Positions 9,281 to 21,936 are shown, counted from the stretch's first letter. The stretch: 64,000 nucleotides of DNA from Gemmatimonadales bacterium (GCA_041615815.1 JBFJCP010000019.1:1-64000), one strand, 5' to 3'. Notes: generated by a model from the letters alone, not told the origin. Numbers and translations are program-made.

Positions 9281-10048
9281 GTGTCCAAGAAGTATGTCCA
9301 GATGGCATTTGAAGATGGTGTCGCGACACTGACTCTCGATCGCCCACCGCTCAACCTCCTCAACATCGAAGCGATCGAGCAGGTCAACGAGGTCCTGCTG
9401 GAATTACGTAACCATCAGGAAATCAAAGTGTTAGTGGTCCGCGGCGCGGGCAAGGCCTTCAGCTCGGGGCTCGACATCGCGGACCACACCCGAGACAAAG
9501 TGGCGCGGTTGCTCCAGGTGTTTCATCGAACCTTCGAGACCATCCGGTTGCTGGACGTCATTGCGGTCGCGGCCGTGGACGGCATCGCGTTTGGTGCGGG
9601 GTTTCAGCTCGCGATCGGGTGCAATCTGATCGTTGCGGCCCAGTCGGCGCGCTTCGCACTCCCCGAGATCACGGTCGGTACCTTCCCCGCCATGGCGTGC
9701 GTGGTCCTCCCCCGGGCCGGCCCGCGGCGCAAGGCGATGGAGTGGGTCCTCACCGGCGACGAAATCCCCGCCCAGGACCTCCATCAGTACGGGCTCGTGA
9801 ATCGGGTTTTCCCCGACGCCGAGTTCGAGGAGGGTCTCGCGAGCTTCGTTGCGAAGTTGACGAGCAAGTCGGGACCCGTGCTGCAGCTCGCGAAACGTGC
9901 TCAGACGGAGTCGTATTACGCGACCTATGAGGAGGCGCTGTACAAAGTCGAGAATCTGTACCTGCGGGAACTCATGCCCCTGTCCGACGTGCATGAGGGT
10001 ACCGCGGCTTTCCTCGAGAAGCGGGAGCCGCTGTGGCGAAACGGCTGA
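9281..10048 (+). CDS. Enoyl-CoA hydratase/isomerase (crotonase) family protein
   Basis: LDRPPLN, AFSSGLD, AAVDG..FGAG and FALPE motifs; GTG after AGGAG. Confidence 0.9.
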   Translation: MSKKYVQMAFEDGVATLTLDRPPLNLLNIEAIEQVNEVLLELRNHQEIKVLVVRGAGKAFSSGLDIADHTRDKVARLLQVFHRTFETIRLLDVIAVAAVDGIAFGAGFQLAIGCNLIVAAQSARFALPEITVGTFPAMACVVLPRAGPRRKAMEWVLTGDEIPAQDLHQYGLVNRVFPDAEFEEGLASFVAKLTSKSGPVLQLAKRAQTESYYATYEEALYKVENLYLRELMPLSDVHEGTAAFLEKREPLWRNG

Positions 10049-10659
10049 TCGGTGGGCTTGGGCTTCTCACCCTAGTGGCGTGCGGGGGAAAAACGGAGCC
10101 GGACACGGGGTTGCCACCACTTGCGGCTCCACTCCCCGTGGCTGGCATGGCAGGACAGCGGGTCGCCGTCTTCCCCCTGACGCTCGTGGCTACCGATCGG
10201 ACGATGGGTTGGGGCCAGGCGGTGGGACCTCGGGGCGATGCCCTGGCTCGCGGGGACAGTCTCCTCGGGACGTTTCTGACCGAGCGTGCGCCCGAGGTCA
10301 CCTGGGTGCTCCCCGATGCCCTCCGGGAAGCCGCGGGGCGGGCTCCCGGACTGTTGGTTTCTCCCGACCAGATGGGAACGGCGCTCCTCCGTTCGGGCGA
10401 TACCCGCCGAGTCCCCGATCCCCTTCGCAGCCAGATGCGCACGTTGACCGGTGTGGTGGGAGAGCGTTACGCGTTGGTGCCCGCAAGCCTGGTATTCGTA
10501 CCGGGGGAAGAACGGGTTGGCAGGGCGGAGTTGACGCTCGTGGTCGCCGACGTTCGCACGGGCCTCATCCAGTGGCGCACCACGGCTTGGGGGGAAGGTG
10601 AAGACCCGTGGGAAATCCTGTGGGAGGCGCTCACGACGCTCATCCCCGACCTGCCGTGA
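10033..10659 (+). CDS. Hypothetical lipoprotein
   Basis: Signal peptide with LVAC lipobox; overlaps both neighbours. Confidence 0.7.
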   Translation: MAKRLIGGLGLLTLVACGGKTEPDTGLPPLAAPLPVAGMAGQRVAVFPLTLVATDRTMGWGQAVGPRGDALARGDSLLGTFLTERAPEVTWVLPDALREAAGRAPGLLVSPDQMGTALLRSGDTRRVPDPLRSQMRTLTGVVGERYALVPASLVFVPGEERVGRAELTLVVADVRTGLIQWRTTAWGEGEDPWEILWEALTTLIPDLP

Positions 10660-11675
10660 CGGCGCGCGCGGCAACCCTCATCCGCGGTGACGGGATCGGT
10701 CCCGAGATCACCGCCGCGACCCTTCGGGTGCTGGACGCTGCGGAGGTGTCGTTCGATTGGGACGAGCAGCTCGGGGGAATGGCGGCGCAGGAGGAGCTGG
10801 GGACCCCGCTACCCGACGCCACGGTGGAGAGCATCCGCCACACCGGCCTTGCGCTCAAGGGACCGCTGACGACTCCCGTGGGTTCGGGGTTTCGTTCGGT
10901 CAATGTGGCGCTGCGTCGAGAGTTCGATCTGTACGCCAACGTCCGACCAGCCAGAACGCTGCTCCCGGGAGGGCGGTTCGACGACGTCGACATCGTGTTG
11001 GTGCGGGAGAACACGGAGGGGCTTTACGTCGGTTTTGAAACGACCATTCCTGTCGGGGGTGATCCCAAGGCGGTGGCACAGGCAATGGCGATCGTGACCC
11101 GCCAGGGCTGCCAGCGGGTGATTCGCTATGCCTTCGAGTATGCCCTCAAGCACGGGCGTCGGAAGGTCACCATCTGCCACAAGGCCAACATCCTCAAGGC
11201 GGTCAGCGGTTTATTCCTCGAGGTCGGACGGGAGATCTCCCGGGATTACAGTGGTCAGGTTGGCGTTGACGACGTGATCATCGACGCATGCGCCATGAAG
11301 CTGGTCCTCGATCCCTCGCAGTTCGACATGATCGTCACGACCAACATGTTCGGTGACATCTTGAGTGACGAGATTGCCGGGCTTGTGGGGGGTCTCGGGT
11401 TGGCGCCCGGCGCGAACGTGGGGGATCGGGCGGCCATGTTCGAGGCCGTGCACGGGTCCGCGCCGGACATCGCCGGGCGGGGAGTGGCGAATCCGTCGGC
11501 CTTGATCCTGGCGGCATGCCTCATGCTCGATCATGTGGGGGAGGCCGATGCCGCCCACCGGGTCAGGGACGCCCTGGCGACGACCCTACGAGCGGGGCAG
11601 GTACGCACCCCCGATCTTGGTGGCAATGCTTCGACAATGGAATTCGCGGACGCCATCGTTCGGCGTCTTCGTTGA
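10656..11675 (+). CDS. Isocitrate/isopropylmalate dehydrogenase family (NAD-IDH-like)
   Basis: GDGIGPE, SVNVALR, RENTEG, HKAN and EAVHGSAPDIAG motifs. Confidence 0.9.
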   Translation: MTARAATLIRGDGIGPEITAATLRVLDAAEVSFDWDEQLGGMAAQEELGTPLPDATVESIRHTGLALKGPLTTPVGSGFRSVNVALRREFDLYANVRPARTLLPGGRFDDVDIVLVRENTEGLYVGFETTIPVGGDPKAVAQAMAIVTRQGCQRVIRYAFEYALKHGRRKVTICHKANILKAVSGLFLEVGREISRDYSGQVGVDDVIIDACAMKLVLDPSQFDMIVTTNMFGDILSDEIAGLVGGLGLAPGANVGDRAAMFEAVHGSAPDIAGRGVANPSALILAACLMLDHVGEADAAHRVRDALATTLRAGQVRTPDLGGNASTMEFADAIVRRLR

Positions 11676-11937
11676 GCGGGAATGCCCGCGGTGCCACCGG
11701 CCCGTCGAGCTGCCCCTCGGCGAGATCTGTGAGTCCTGCCGGGGCGATATCCGCCGGCGGGCCCAGCGGCTGGGTCGTCGGATCGCCGGGGTAACGACGA
11801 TCGCCATGGCACTGTATGTCTGGCTCCGGATGCCCGACGACGGCACGGCGCGGGCGGTGGGTGCCCTGGGTGTCGTCGCGTGGTACGTCTTGACCTATCT
11901 CGTGGTGCGTCGTGTGGCCCAGGAATATCTCAGTTGA
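11626..11937 (+). CDS. Small membrane protein with CxxC..CxxC zinc finger
   Basis: CPRC...CESC followed by two hydrophobic helices; fills the operon gap; start uncertain. Confidence 0.6.
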   Translation: MLRQWNSRTPSFGVFVERECPRCHRPVELPLGEICESCRGDIRRRAQRLGRRIAGVTTIAMALYVWLRMPDDGTARAVGALGVVAWYVLTYLVVRRVAQEYLS

Positions 11938-11947
11938 GGAAGCATCG

Positions 11948-12808
11948 GTGAGCTTCAGTCTCATCCACCTTTCCGACCCGCATTTCGGGCTCGCCGCTGA
12001 TCTCACGCAGATTGCGGCGGTGGAGGAGTTGGTGCCGGATCTGGAGCCTCACGTGATCGTCGTATCGGGCGATCTCACGCAGCGAGCGCGGCACGGAGAG
12101 TTTCAGGCCGCGCGCGGATTCGTGCGGGAGTTGGAGCGCACCGCACCGGTGTTTCTGCTTCCGGGGAATCACGATGTCCAGTGGTGGTGGCGCCCCTTCA
12201 TGCCGTTTGGTGCGGGCGCGAAGTACACCAAGTTCAAGCGCTACTTCGGTCCTGTCCTTGCACCGTCGCTCCGACTCCCGGAGGCGGTGATCACCGCGGC
12301 GCTAACCGCACACGGTGTGGCCTGGGGATCGCTGACCTGGAACCCGCGGGACATCGGGACGAAGGGGCATTTGCCGGTGGGAGAGATCGACCGGGCGCGC
12401 CAGCTCTTTGCCGGGGCGACACCCAGCCAGGCCAAGATCCTCGTGATCCACCATAACATCCTGCGAGGCGAACTGTCGGAGCGGATGGGTTTGGCCCGAT
12501 GGCGGCAAGCCCACCGGCGGATCGTGGCGTCAGGCGCGGAGCTGGTCCTGTGTGGCCACGATCATCAAGAGTGCGCCGAATTGCTGAACGAGCGCGTCGT
12601 CATCTCGTGTGCCGGGACGCTGTCGGGTCGGATGCGAGGCGGCCGGCCGTCGGTCTTTCATCGGATCGCGATCGACGAGGGCTCCATCAACGTCGAGCTC
12701 TATCGATGGGACGGTGATCGAAAGGTCTTCCGCCGTTCCGACGTCCACGGCTTCACCCGAACCACCCAGAGCCATGCGAAAGCGGCAACCTCGTCGCGCG
12801 TTAGCTGA
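11948..12808 (+). CDS. Calcineurin-like metallophosphoesterase (CpdA-like)
   Basis: DPH, GD, GNHD, HH and GHDH motifs; GTG after GAGGA. Confidence 0.88.
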   Translation: MSFSLIHLSDPHFGLAADLTQIAAVEELVPDLEPHVIVVSGDLTQRARHGEFQAARGFVRELERTAPVFLLPGNHDVQWWWRPFMPFGAGAKYTKFKRYFGPVLAPSLRLPEAVITAALTAHGVAWGSLTWNPRDIGTKGHLPVGEIDRARQLFAGATPSQAKILVIHHNILRGELSERMGLARWRQAHRRIVASGAELVLCGHDHQECAELLNERVVISCAGTLSGRMRGGRPSVFHRIAIDEGSINVELYRWDGDRKVFRRSDVHGFTRTTQSHAKAATSSRVS

Positions 12809-13496
12809 GCGGACGGCGCGCGACGCCGATCGCGCGTTACTCGCTCGTCGGCTGGAGCTCTTGGGGCTCCGTGGGCCTCGGGGTGTGGAAGTGCACGAGA
12901 ATAAGACGGTCCTCGTAAGTGTGACGAAGCGCGGCGTGCTGCGTGTGCACCGGGGTTACGCCTACGCGTCCGATCGCGTGTTGCGGGCTATCGTCGCATT
13001 TGTTCACCCCCGCACGAAAGCAGCGGAGCGCCGTATTGCCGAGCGTGAACTCGTGGGCTTCCCCGTGGATGAGTTCGTGCAGCCCCGCTATCGGCCGGCG
13101 CGCCGCGAGCGCCTGAAGCCGGGCGATCGGCAAGTGATCCGGGACTTGGAGAAGCTCCACGAGCGCCTCAATCGGCGGCACTTTGGTGGTAAATTGCTGA
13201 CGGTCAGATTCCGCATCTCGTCGCGGATGCGGACTCGATTGGGCGAGCTGACCGTCGATGCTCGCACCAGTCGAGCCACCGAGATCGCGATCAGTCGGCA
13301 TCACATCGACACGGATGGCTGGGACGAGGTTTCGCATACGCTCTTGCATGAAATGGTGCATCAGTGGCAAGTGGAGTCGGGTTACGATCCCGACCATGGC
13401 GAGACCTTTCGGCGGAAGGCGGTCGAGGTAGGTGTCGAGCCGGGAGCCCGGCGAGTGGTGAAGCCCAAACGGCGCGCCGCGCGGCAACGCCGCTGA
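12774..13496 (+). CDS. SprT-like zinc metalloprotease domain protein
   Basis: TLLHEMVH...HGETF and S.RM..RLG motifs. Confidence 0.8.
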   Translation: MRKRQPRRALAERTARDADRALLARRLELLGLRGPRGVEVHENKTVLVSVTKRGVLRVHRGYAYASDRVLRAIVAFVHPRTKAAERRIAERELVGFPVDEFVQPRYRPARRERLKPGDRQVIRDLEKLHERLNRRHFGGKLLTVRFRISSRMRTRLGELTVDARTSRATEIAISRHHIDTDGWDEVSHTLLHEMVHQWQVESGYDPDHGETFRRKAVEVGVEPGARRVVKPKRRAARQRR

Positions 13497-13514
13497 CGCG
13501 CGTCAGGAGAACCA

Positions 13515-14699
13515 ATGGCTTTCGAGGGTGTGGACTTTTACGACATCGATTCGCTGCTGAACGAGGAAGAGCGGGCGGTTCGAGACACGGTCCGGCGATG
13601 GGTGGACGACGCGTTGATGCCGATCATCGGCGAGCGATACATCGAAGGGCGGTTCCCAATGGAACTGGTGACGCCGATGGCCGAGTTGGGACTGTTTGGC
13701 GCCAACCTTCCGGCCCAATATGGCTGCGCCGAGTTGAACAACGTGGCGTACGGTCTGATCATGCAAGAACTCGAGCGCGGTGACAGTGGCGTGCGATCCT
13801 TCGCGTCCGTGCAGGGAGCGCTATGCATGTATCCCATCTACGAGTTCGGTTCGGAGGAGCAAAAACAAGAGTGGCTCCCTCGGATGGCGCAGGGGGAAGT
13901 CATCGGCTGCTTTGGGCTCACTGAACCGGATTTCGGCTCCAACCCCAGCGGCATGATCACCACGGCCCGCAAGGATGGCGGATCGTGGGTCCTCAATGGG
14001 GCCAAGATGTGGATCACGAACGGATCGACCGCGCACATCGCCATCGTGTGGGCCAAGACGGGCGGGCTGGAGGATCCCTCGTCGATCCGTGGCTTTATCG
14101 TGCCGACGGACACGACAGGGTTCTCGGCGCGAGACCAAAAGGGGAAACTGTCACTGCGTGCCAGCGACACAAGTGAGTTGGTCTTGGAGGACGTGCGCGT
14201 GCCGGACCGCGCGGTGCTGCCGGGAAGCTGCGGTCTCAAGAGCCCGCTGATGTGCCTCACTCAAGCGCGGTATGGGATTGCTTGGGGTGCCGTGGGAGCG
14301 GCGATGGCCTGTTACGACGAGGCGGTTCGCTACGCCAAGAGCCGTGTCATGTTCGACCGGCCCATTGGCGGGTTTCAGTTGCAGCAAGCCCGGCTCGCCG
14401 AGATGCTCACCGAGATTACCAAGGCGCAACTGCTCTGTGTCCAACTCGGTCGCATGAAGGACCGCGGGACGATGACCCCGCAGCAGGTCTCGCTGGCGAA
14501 GCGAAACAACGTGCACATCGCTTGCGAAAGTGCCCGCGAGACCCGTCGCCTCCTCGGCGGAAGCGGTATCCTGGCCGAGTATCAGGCCATGCGGCATCTG
14601 GCGAATCTGGAAAGCGTCTACACCTACGAAGGAACGCACGACATTCACACGCTGATCCTGGGTCAGACGATCACCGGGCTGAATGCGTTCGGTGGCTGA
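13515..14699 (+). CDS. Acyl-CoA dehydrogenase, glutaryl-CoA dehydrogenase-like
   Basis: ELERGDSG, CFGLTEPDFGS, KMWITN and YEGTHDIH motifs; RBS AGGAG. Confidence 0.9.
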   Translation: MAFEGVDFYDIDSLLNEEERAVRDTVRRWVDDALMPIIGERYIEGRFPMELVTPMAELGLFGANLPAQYGCAELNNVAYGLIMQELERGDSGVRSFASVQGALCMYPIYEFGSEEQKQEWLPRMAQGEVIGCFGLTEPDFGSNPSGMITTARKDGGSWVLNGAKMWITNGSTAHIAIVWAKTGGLEDPSSIRGFIVPTDTTGFSARDQKGKLSLRASDTSELVLEDVRVPDRAVLPGSCGLKSPLMCLTQARYGIAWGAVGAAMACYDEAVRYAKSRVMFDRPIGGFQLQQARLAEMLTEITKAQLLCVQLGRMKDRGTMTPQQVSLAKRNNVHIACESARETRRLLGGSGILAEYQAMRHLANLESVYTYEGTHDIHTLILGQTITGLNAFGG

Positions 14700-14751
14700 C
14701 CGCTATTCGAGCGGGTCATGAGTTGAATTGGACTTGAATTGGGGGTGGCTG

Positions 14752-15036
14752 GTGGCTCGAGCAGTGTGGCAGGATACGGTGCTGGCGGAGAGCGATCGGT
14801 ACGAGCAGGTGGAAGGAAACGTCTACTTCCCTCCCGATGCGGTCCGCCGGGAACATCTGCGCGAAAGCGACCACCACACCACGTGTCCTTGGAAGGGACG
14901 CGCGACCTACTACCACGTCCAGGTGAACGGACAGACTAACGAAAACGCGGCCTGGACATACCCCGACCCGTCTCCGGCCGCCTCCCACATCAAGGATCAC
15001 GTCGCTTTCTGGAAAGGGGTGAGCGTCGAGCGCTGA
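14752..15036 (+). CDS. DUF427 domain protein
   Basis: EGNVYFP, TCPWKG.A.YY and AWTYP motifs. Confidence 0.88.
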   Translation: MARAVWQDTVLAESDRYEQVEGNVYFPPDAVRREHLRESDHHTTCPWKGRATYYHVQVNGQTNENAAWTYPDPSPAASHIKDHVAFWKGVSVER

Positions 15037-15231
15037 GTCCCACCCCAACACCTATCCCTTCCGCCGCGACGCCATTCGAGTTGACTCACGTCCGGCTCGC
15101 GGATTAACCACCTCCTGGCGTGATGTACGCCACGGATCCCTGCCACTGGCCGGGGTATCATCAGGCACACTCCACGCGCCCCAAGCACCACACTCGCCGC
15201 TCCGCACTCGTTGCGGGGCCGGAGGCACTGT

Positions 15232-16407
15232 ATGCGCACCTTTGGTCAATTGAACAGAGCGTCCGTGGGAACCGCGCTCATCACATGCCTGGTGGGCGCC
15301 GGCTGTGATTCGTCGACAGGACCGGCCCAGCCCGGGCCTGGGAACCCGCCACCGTTACCGGGTCCGTCCGCGCTAGCGGTTCAACAGGTCGCGTCGGGGC
15401 TGTCGAGCCCCGTCTATCTCACGGCCCCGCCGGCAGACGACCGCATGTTCGTCGTGGAACAGGCCGGCGTCATTCGCATCATCGAGAACGGACAGTTGCT
15501 TCCGAATCCGTTTCTCGACATTCGATCCAGTGTGCAGAGCGGTGGGGAGCAGGGTCTGCTTTCCATGACGTTCGACCCTGACTACGCCAACAATGGACTC
15601 TTCTACGTCTATTACACCGACAACAACGGCGACAGTCAGATCGCCCAGTACGCCGTGTCGGCCGATCCCAATCTGGCGGACGCCAACTCCGCAGACATTC
15701 TGCTCAGTGTGGCGCAGCCGTTCAGCAACCATAACGGCGGGCTAGTCATGTTCGGACCCGACAATATGCTCTACGTCGGATTGGGCGACGGCGGCAGCGG
15801 GGGTGATCCCCAGGAGCATGGGCAAAACACGCAGACTCTACTGGGATCGCTGCTTCGCATCGACGTGAGTACGCCCGGGACCTTCAGTGTTCCCGCCAGC
15901 AATCCTTTTGCCAATGAGATTTGGGGATACGGGTTGCGCAACCCGTGGCGCTACACGTTCGATTTCGCCACCGGTGACCTCTATGTGGCGGATGTCGGCC
16001 AGAGTGCTCGAGAAGAGGTGAACGTGGTTCCGGCGGCAAGCGGGGGGGTGAACTATGGGTGGAACACCATGGAAGGGAGCAACTGCTTCGACCCGCCGTC
16101 CGGCTGCGACCAGTCCGGCCTCCAACTTCCAGTGCTCGAATACGATCACGGACAAGGGTGTTCGGTGACGGGCGGGTTCGTGTATCGTGGAACAGGCATT
16201 CCCGGAATCGTCGGACATTACTTCTACTCGGACTATTGCTCGAGCTGGCTCCGGAGCTTCCGATACGAATCGGGGAGCGCGACCGAGGAGACCGAGTGGG
16301 ACGTCGGGAACCTCGACAACGTCCTCTCGTTCGGGCAGGATGCGGCGGGTGAACTCTACATTCTGACCGACGACGGGCGCGTCTACCAGCTGGTGGGGGC
16401 CAACTAA
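15232..16407 (+). CDS. PQQ-dependent sugar (glucose/sorbosone) dehydrogenase family lipoprotein
   Basis: Lipobox GAGC; EQGLL, NHNGG, GDGG, GLRNPWR and DVG..AREE motifs; RBS GGAGG. Confidence 0.88.
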   Translation: MRTFGQLNRASVGTALITCLVGAGCDSSTGPAQPGPGNPPPLPGPSALAVQQVASGLSSPVYLTAPPADDRMFVVEQAGVIRIIENGQLLPNPFLDIRSSVQSGGEQGLLSMTFDPDYANNGLFYVYYTDNNGDSQIAQYAVSADPNLADANSADILLSVAQPFSNHNGGLVMFGPDNMLYVGLGDGGSGGDPQEHGQNTQTLLGSLLRIDVSTPGTFSVPASNPFANEIWGYGLRNPWRYTFDFATGDLYVADVGQSAREEVNVVPAASGGVNYGWNTMEGSNCFDPPSGCDQSGLQLPVLEYDHGQGCSVTGGFVYRGTGIPGIVGHYFYSDYCSSWLRSFRYESGSATEETEWDVGNLDNVLSFGQDAAGELYILTDDGRVYQLVGAN

Positions 16408-16445
16408 GGACGATGGCCGGGCTTTGCCCGCCAGTCGCGACACCA

Positions 16446-16486
16446 CATTTATTTTGATTTGACAAATCAAAATAAATGCATATTCT
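16446..16486 (+). promoter_or_regulatory. Perfect 33-bp palindromic operator overlapping a sigma70 promoter of marR
   Basis: CATTTATTTTGATTTG-A-CAAATCAAAATAAATG (16446-16478); TTGACA 16459-16464, 16-nt spacer, TATTCT 16481-16486. Confidence 0.85.
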
Positions 16487-16492
16487 CTCCGC

Positions 16493-17035
16493 ATGCAATC
16501 CGATGACACCCGCCACCAACGGCTCCCCCTGCCGCTCGGGGACGCCGTCCGCCAGGTTCTGGACGATTACCCGGCAATCTACCTGGCGTGTCACACTCGG
16601 CACGTCAGGGATCCGGCTACGAACCGCACGGTCAGCGCGCACCAGGCCAGCATCCTCGACCACCTCGACGATCAGGCGCCCACCTCGCTCACCGATCTTG
16701 CGCGCCACCTCGGGGTGACCGCCAGCACGATGTCTCTGAACGTGGACCGGCTAGTGCGCAGCGGGTTCGTCCAGCGCGACCGCGACCCGCGAGATGGTCG
16801 CCGCGTCCGGCTGCTCCTTACCCCTGCAGGCATTCGCGTGCGAGAAGCACATTCGGTCTTGGAACCGGAGCGCGTCGGCTCGCTGTTACGACGTCTCTCA
16901 CCTGATGAGCGCGCCAGCGGACTTCGTGGCTTGGCCACGCTTGCCCGGGCAGCCCGCGCGGAGATGGCGTGGACGGAAGAACCCTCCCCCGCTCGTGCTC
17001 ACGATAGGGCCCGCGAAGGAGGATCGTCATGTTGA
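16493..17035 (+). CDS. MarR family transcriptional regulator
   Basis: wHTH LARHLGVTASTMS..VDRL..G.V.R..DPRDGRR..LLT..G. Confidence 0.9.
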   Translation: MQSDDTRHQRLPLPLGDAVRQVLDDYPAIYLACHTRHVRDPATNRTVSAHQASILDHLDDQAPTSLTDLARHLGVTASTMSLNVDRLVRSGFVQRDRDPRDGRRVRLLLTPAGIRVREAHSVLEPERVGSLLRRLSPDERASGLRGLATLARAARAEMAWTEEPSPARAHDRAREGGSSC

Positions 17036-17568
17036 AAGGCCTCGGTATCGTCGCTGGTAGCTTGGCTCTGCTCGTCGTCGTCGTCCTGACGATCGGTGCC
17101 CTCCTGCCCCGGGCCCACGTAGCCACGAGCACGGCGACGTTGCGGCAGCCGGCGGATACGGTATGGGCCGTCATCCGCGATCTCGGCGGTGTGACGGACT
17201 GGTTCTCTCAGATTGCCAAGGCCGAGCCAGTCACCGATTCCGCCGGTCGCGAGACGTGGCGATACGAAACGGGTGATGGATACGTCATGCCCGTCGTCGT
17301 CGTGGACGACCAACCCCCGCGGCGTTTGGAGACGGAAATCGCAGGCTCCGACAATGCCGCCTTTGGCGGCCGCTGGATCTATCTGCTTGAACCCGTGGGT
17401 GGCGACACGCGGGTGACGATCACGGAGGATGGGTGGATCGCCAACCCGTTCTTCCGATTCATGACCACGGTGTTCTTCGGGCTGCACGGCACGATCGACC
17501 GGTACCTCGAGGACCTGGGGAGACACTTCGGTGAAGAGGTCACTCCCATCCACCAGGGTGGGGAATGA
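17029..17568 (+). CDS. SRPBCC/polyketide cyclase family protein with N-terminal membrane anchor
   Basis: Hydrophobic N-terminus; VWAVI.D, FGGRW.Y.L and TRVTITEDG motifs. Confidence 0.8.
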   Translation: MLKGLGIVAGSLALLVVVVLTIGALLPRAHVATSTATLRQPADTVWAVIRDLGGVTDWFSQIAKAEPVTDSAGRETWRYETGDGYVMPVVVVDDQPPRRLETEIAGSDNAAFGGRWIYLLEPVGGDTRVTITEDGWIANPFFRFMTTVFFGLHGTIDRYLEDLGRHFGEEVTPIHQGGE

Positions 17569-17963
17569 CGTCCGGCAGCGGGTACTCGAAGCGCAGCCGG
17601 CTCGACAAACTGGGCGTGAAGCCGGGAATGCGCGTGGCGGTCCTGCGGCTGAAGGATGCGGCGTTTGCTCGAGAGCTCCGCCGCCGGACCCACGACATCG
17701 CCGAACGCCGCCCACGCTCAAAAACGGATGTGATCTTCTTCTTGGCTGCCACGCCGAAGGAGCTGGATCGCCTCGCGCGGTTGCGGTCTGCCATTCGAAA
17801 GAGTGGTGCCATCTGGGTGCTCTGGCAAAAGGGGCGTCCCGCGTTGAAGCAGTCGCATGTCATGGCCGCCGCCAAGGTGGCGGGGCTCGTGGACATCAAG
17901 GTCGCGAGTTTCTCTGACGAGCTGAGCGCACTCAAGCTCGTGATCCCGGTTGCCGACCGCTGA
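17565..17963 (+). CDS. DUF3052 family protein
   Basis: GYS..RL.KLGVK, GAIWV.W.K and GLVDIKV motifs. Confidence 0.8.
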   Translation: MTSGSGYSKRSRLDKLGVKPGMRVAVLRLKDAAFARELRRRTHDIAERRPRSKTDVIFFLAATPKELDRLARLRSAIRKSGAIWVLWQKGRPALKQSHVMAAAKVAGLVDIKVASFSDELSALKLVIPVADR

Positions 17964-18036
17964 TTCCCGGGATGACGATAAGGCTCCTCCCGCGGGCATC
18001 CCGTAACGCCTCCCGCTGCCTCGACGCCCCCCATAA

Positions 18037-20087
<2,051 letters not shown>

Positions 20088-20088
<1 letters not shown>

Positions 20089-21860
20089 TGGAGAACGTCG
20101 AAATCGCCGGTGTGCTCGAAGACATTGCCGACCTCCTCGAGCTGCAGGACGCGAACCCATTTCGCATACGAGCGTACCGCAATGCCGCCCGCACCGTCGA
20201 GGCCCACACGACGCCGCTCCGCAAACTGGTGGCGGACGGTGAGGATCTTCGGAAGCTCCCCGGCATCGGGAAGGACATCGCTGGTTACATCCGAGAGCTG
20301 ATCGAGACGGGGTCGCTGAAACTCCTCGGCGAGCTCAGCAAGGAGATTCCCGTCACCCTCGTGGAACTCACCCGCATCCCCGGCCTCGGCGCAAAACGCG
20401 TGCGGGTCCTGTGGGAGACGCTCGGCGTCGAGACGCTCGACGACCTCGAGCGAGCGGCCAGACAAGACGAGATCAAGGGCATCAAAGGGTTTGGGGCCAA
20501 AACGCAGGCGAGAATTCTCGAGGGGATCGCCTCCCGACGCCGACTCGGTGTCCGGTTCAAACTGGCGGACGCCGATCAGTACGTGGAGCCTCTCGTGGCG
20601 TATCTGCGGGAAGATCCCGCCGTCGAAACCGTCGAGGTGGCCGGAAGCTACCGACGTCGCCGCGAGACCGTGGGAGATATCGATCTGCTCGTGATCGCGG
20701 ACGATCCCACCGCAGTGACCACGCGGTTTACACGCTACCCCGAGGTCACGCAGGTCGAGTTGGCGGGCGACACCAAATCCACCGTGATCTTGCGATCGGG
20801 TCTTCAGGTGGATCTCCGGATCCTGCCACCGAAGAGCTACGGGGCGGCTCTGCAGTACTTTACCGGCTCCAAGGAGCACAATGTCAAGCTGCGCAAGCGG
20901 GCCGTGGAGCAAGGGCTCCGCGTCTCCGAGTACGGCGTCTTTCGCATTGCGGGTGGCAAGCGGAAGGAAAGCGACGACGAGGAACGCGACCCCTGGTCCG
21001 GAAAGCTCGTTGCCGGAAAGACCGAGCAGGAGGTGTACGACGCCGTGGGGGTTTCGTGGATGCCTCCGGAGATCCGGGAGGACCGTGGCGAGATCGAGGC
21101 GGCTCTCCGGGATGAGCTTCCGCATCTGATCAGCTTGCGTGATATCCGGGGGGATCTGCAGATGCACACCGTCTGGTCGGACGGGAAGGCAACGGTCGAA
21201 GAAATGCTCGATGCCTGTGCGTCCCAGGGCTATGAGTACTGTGCGATCACCGACCACTCCAAGGCCCTCGCCATGACCGGGGGTTTGGACGAAGCCAAAC
21301 TTCGGGAGCAGTGGAAAGAGATGGACGAGGTAGTCGCCCGTCGAAAGGACATCGTGCTGCTGCGGAGCATGGAGGTGGACATCTTATCCGACGGAGCGTT
21401 GGATCTCGAGGACGAGCTCCTCGCGGATCTCGACGTGGTCCTGGTCTCCATCCATTCCAAACTCGACCTCCCGGCCGCCAAGCAGACCAAACGTATCCTC
21501 AAGGCAATCGAGCATCCGGAAGTGGATATTCTCGCCCATCCCACCGGACGCCTCATCAACCAACGAGAGCCGATGGCTTTCGACCTGGACGAGGTGCTCC
21601 AGTGCGCGGCCGAGTTCGGCGTGGCGATGGAGCTCAATGCCAGCCCCGATCGTCTCGACCTTCGAGACACACACCTCATGCAAGCCCGAGCGTTGGGCAT
21701 CAAGGTGGTGATCAGTACCGATGCCCATCGACCCGAAGATCTCGGGCTGATGCGGTATGGGATCGACCAGGCGCGCCGCGGCTGGCTCGAGGCTGGGGAC
21801 GTGCTCAACACACTGCCGGTGCGTAAGCTCCGAAAGGCGCTTCGAGGAGGGGCAAGGTGA
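20088..21860 (+). CDS. polX: DNA polymerase X with C-terminal PHP domain
   Basis: AGSYRR, GDIDLL, VDLR and FTGSKEHN; PHP motifs MHT, TDHS, AHP and TDAH; TGATG coupling to ligA. Confidence 0.95.
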
Positions 21861-21936
21861 TTCCGTTGGATCCGGCGCCGCGCTGGGCGCACTCTCCAGA
21901 CCATTCCGCTAGCTCTCACATGACGATGGAGGTGTC

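Noticed and set aside
15119..15134. CRP/FNR-like box CGTGA-N6-CCACG upstream of the PQQ dehydrogenase
   Set aside because: Several mismatches to consensus; could arise by chance
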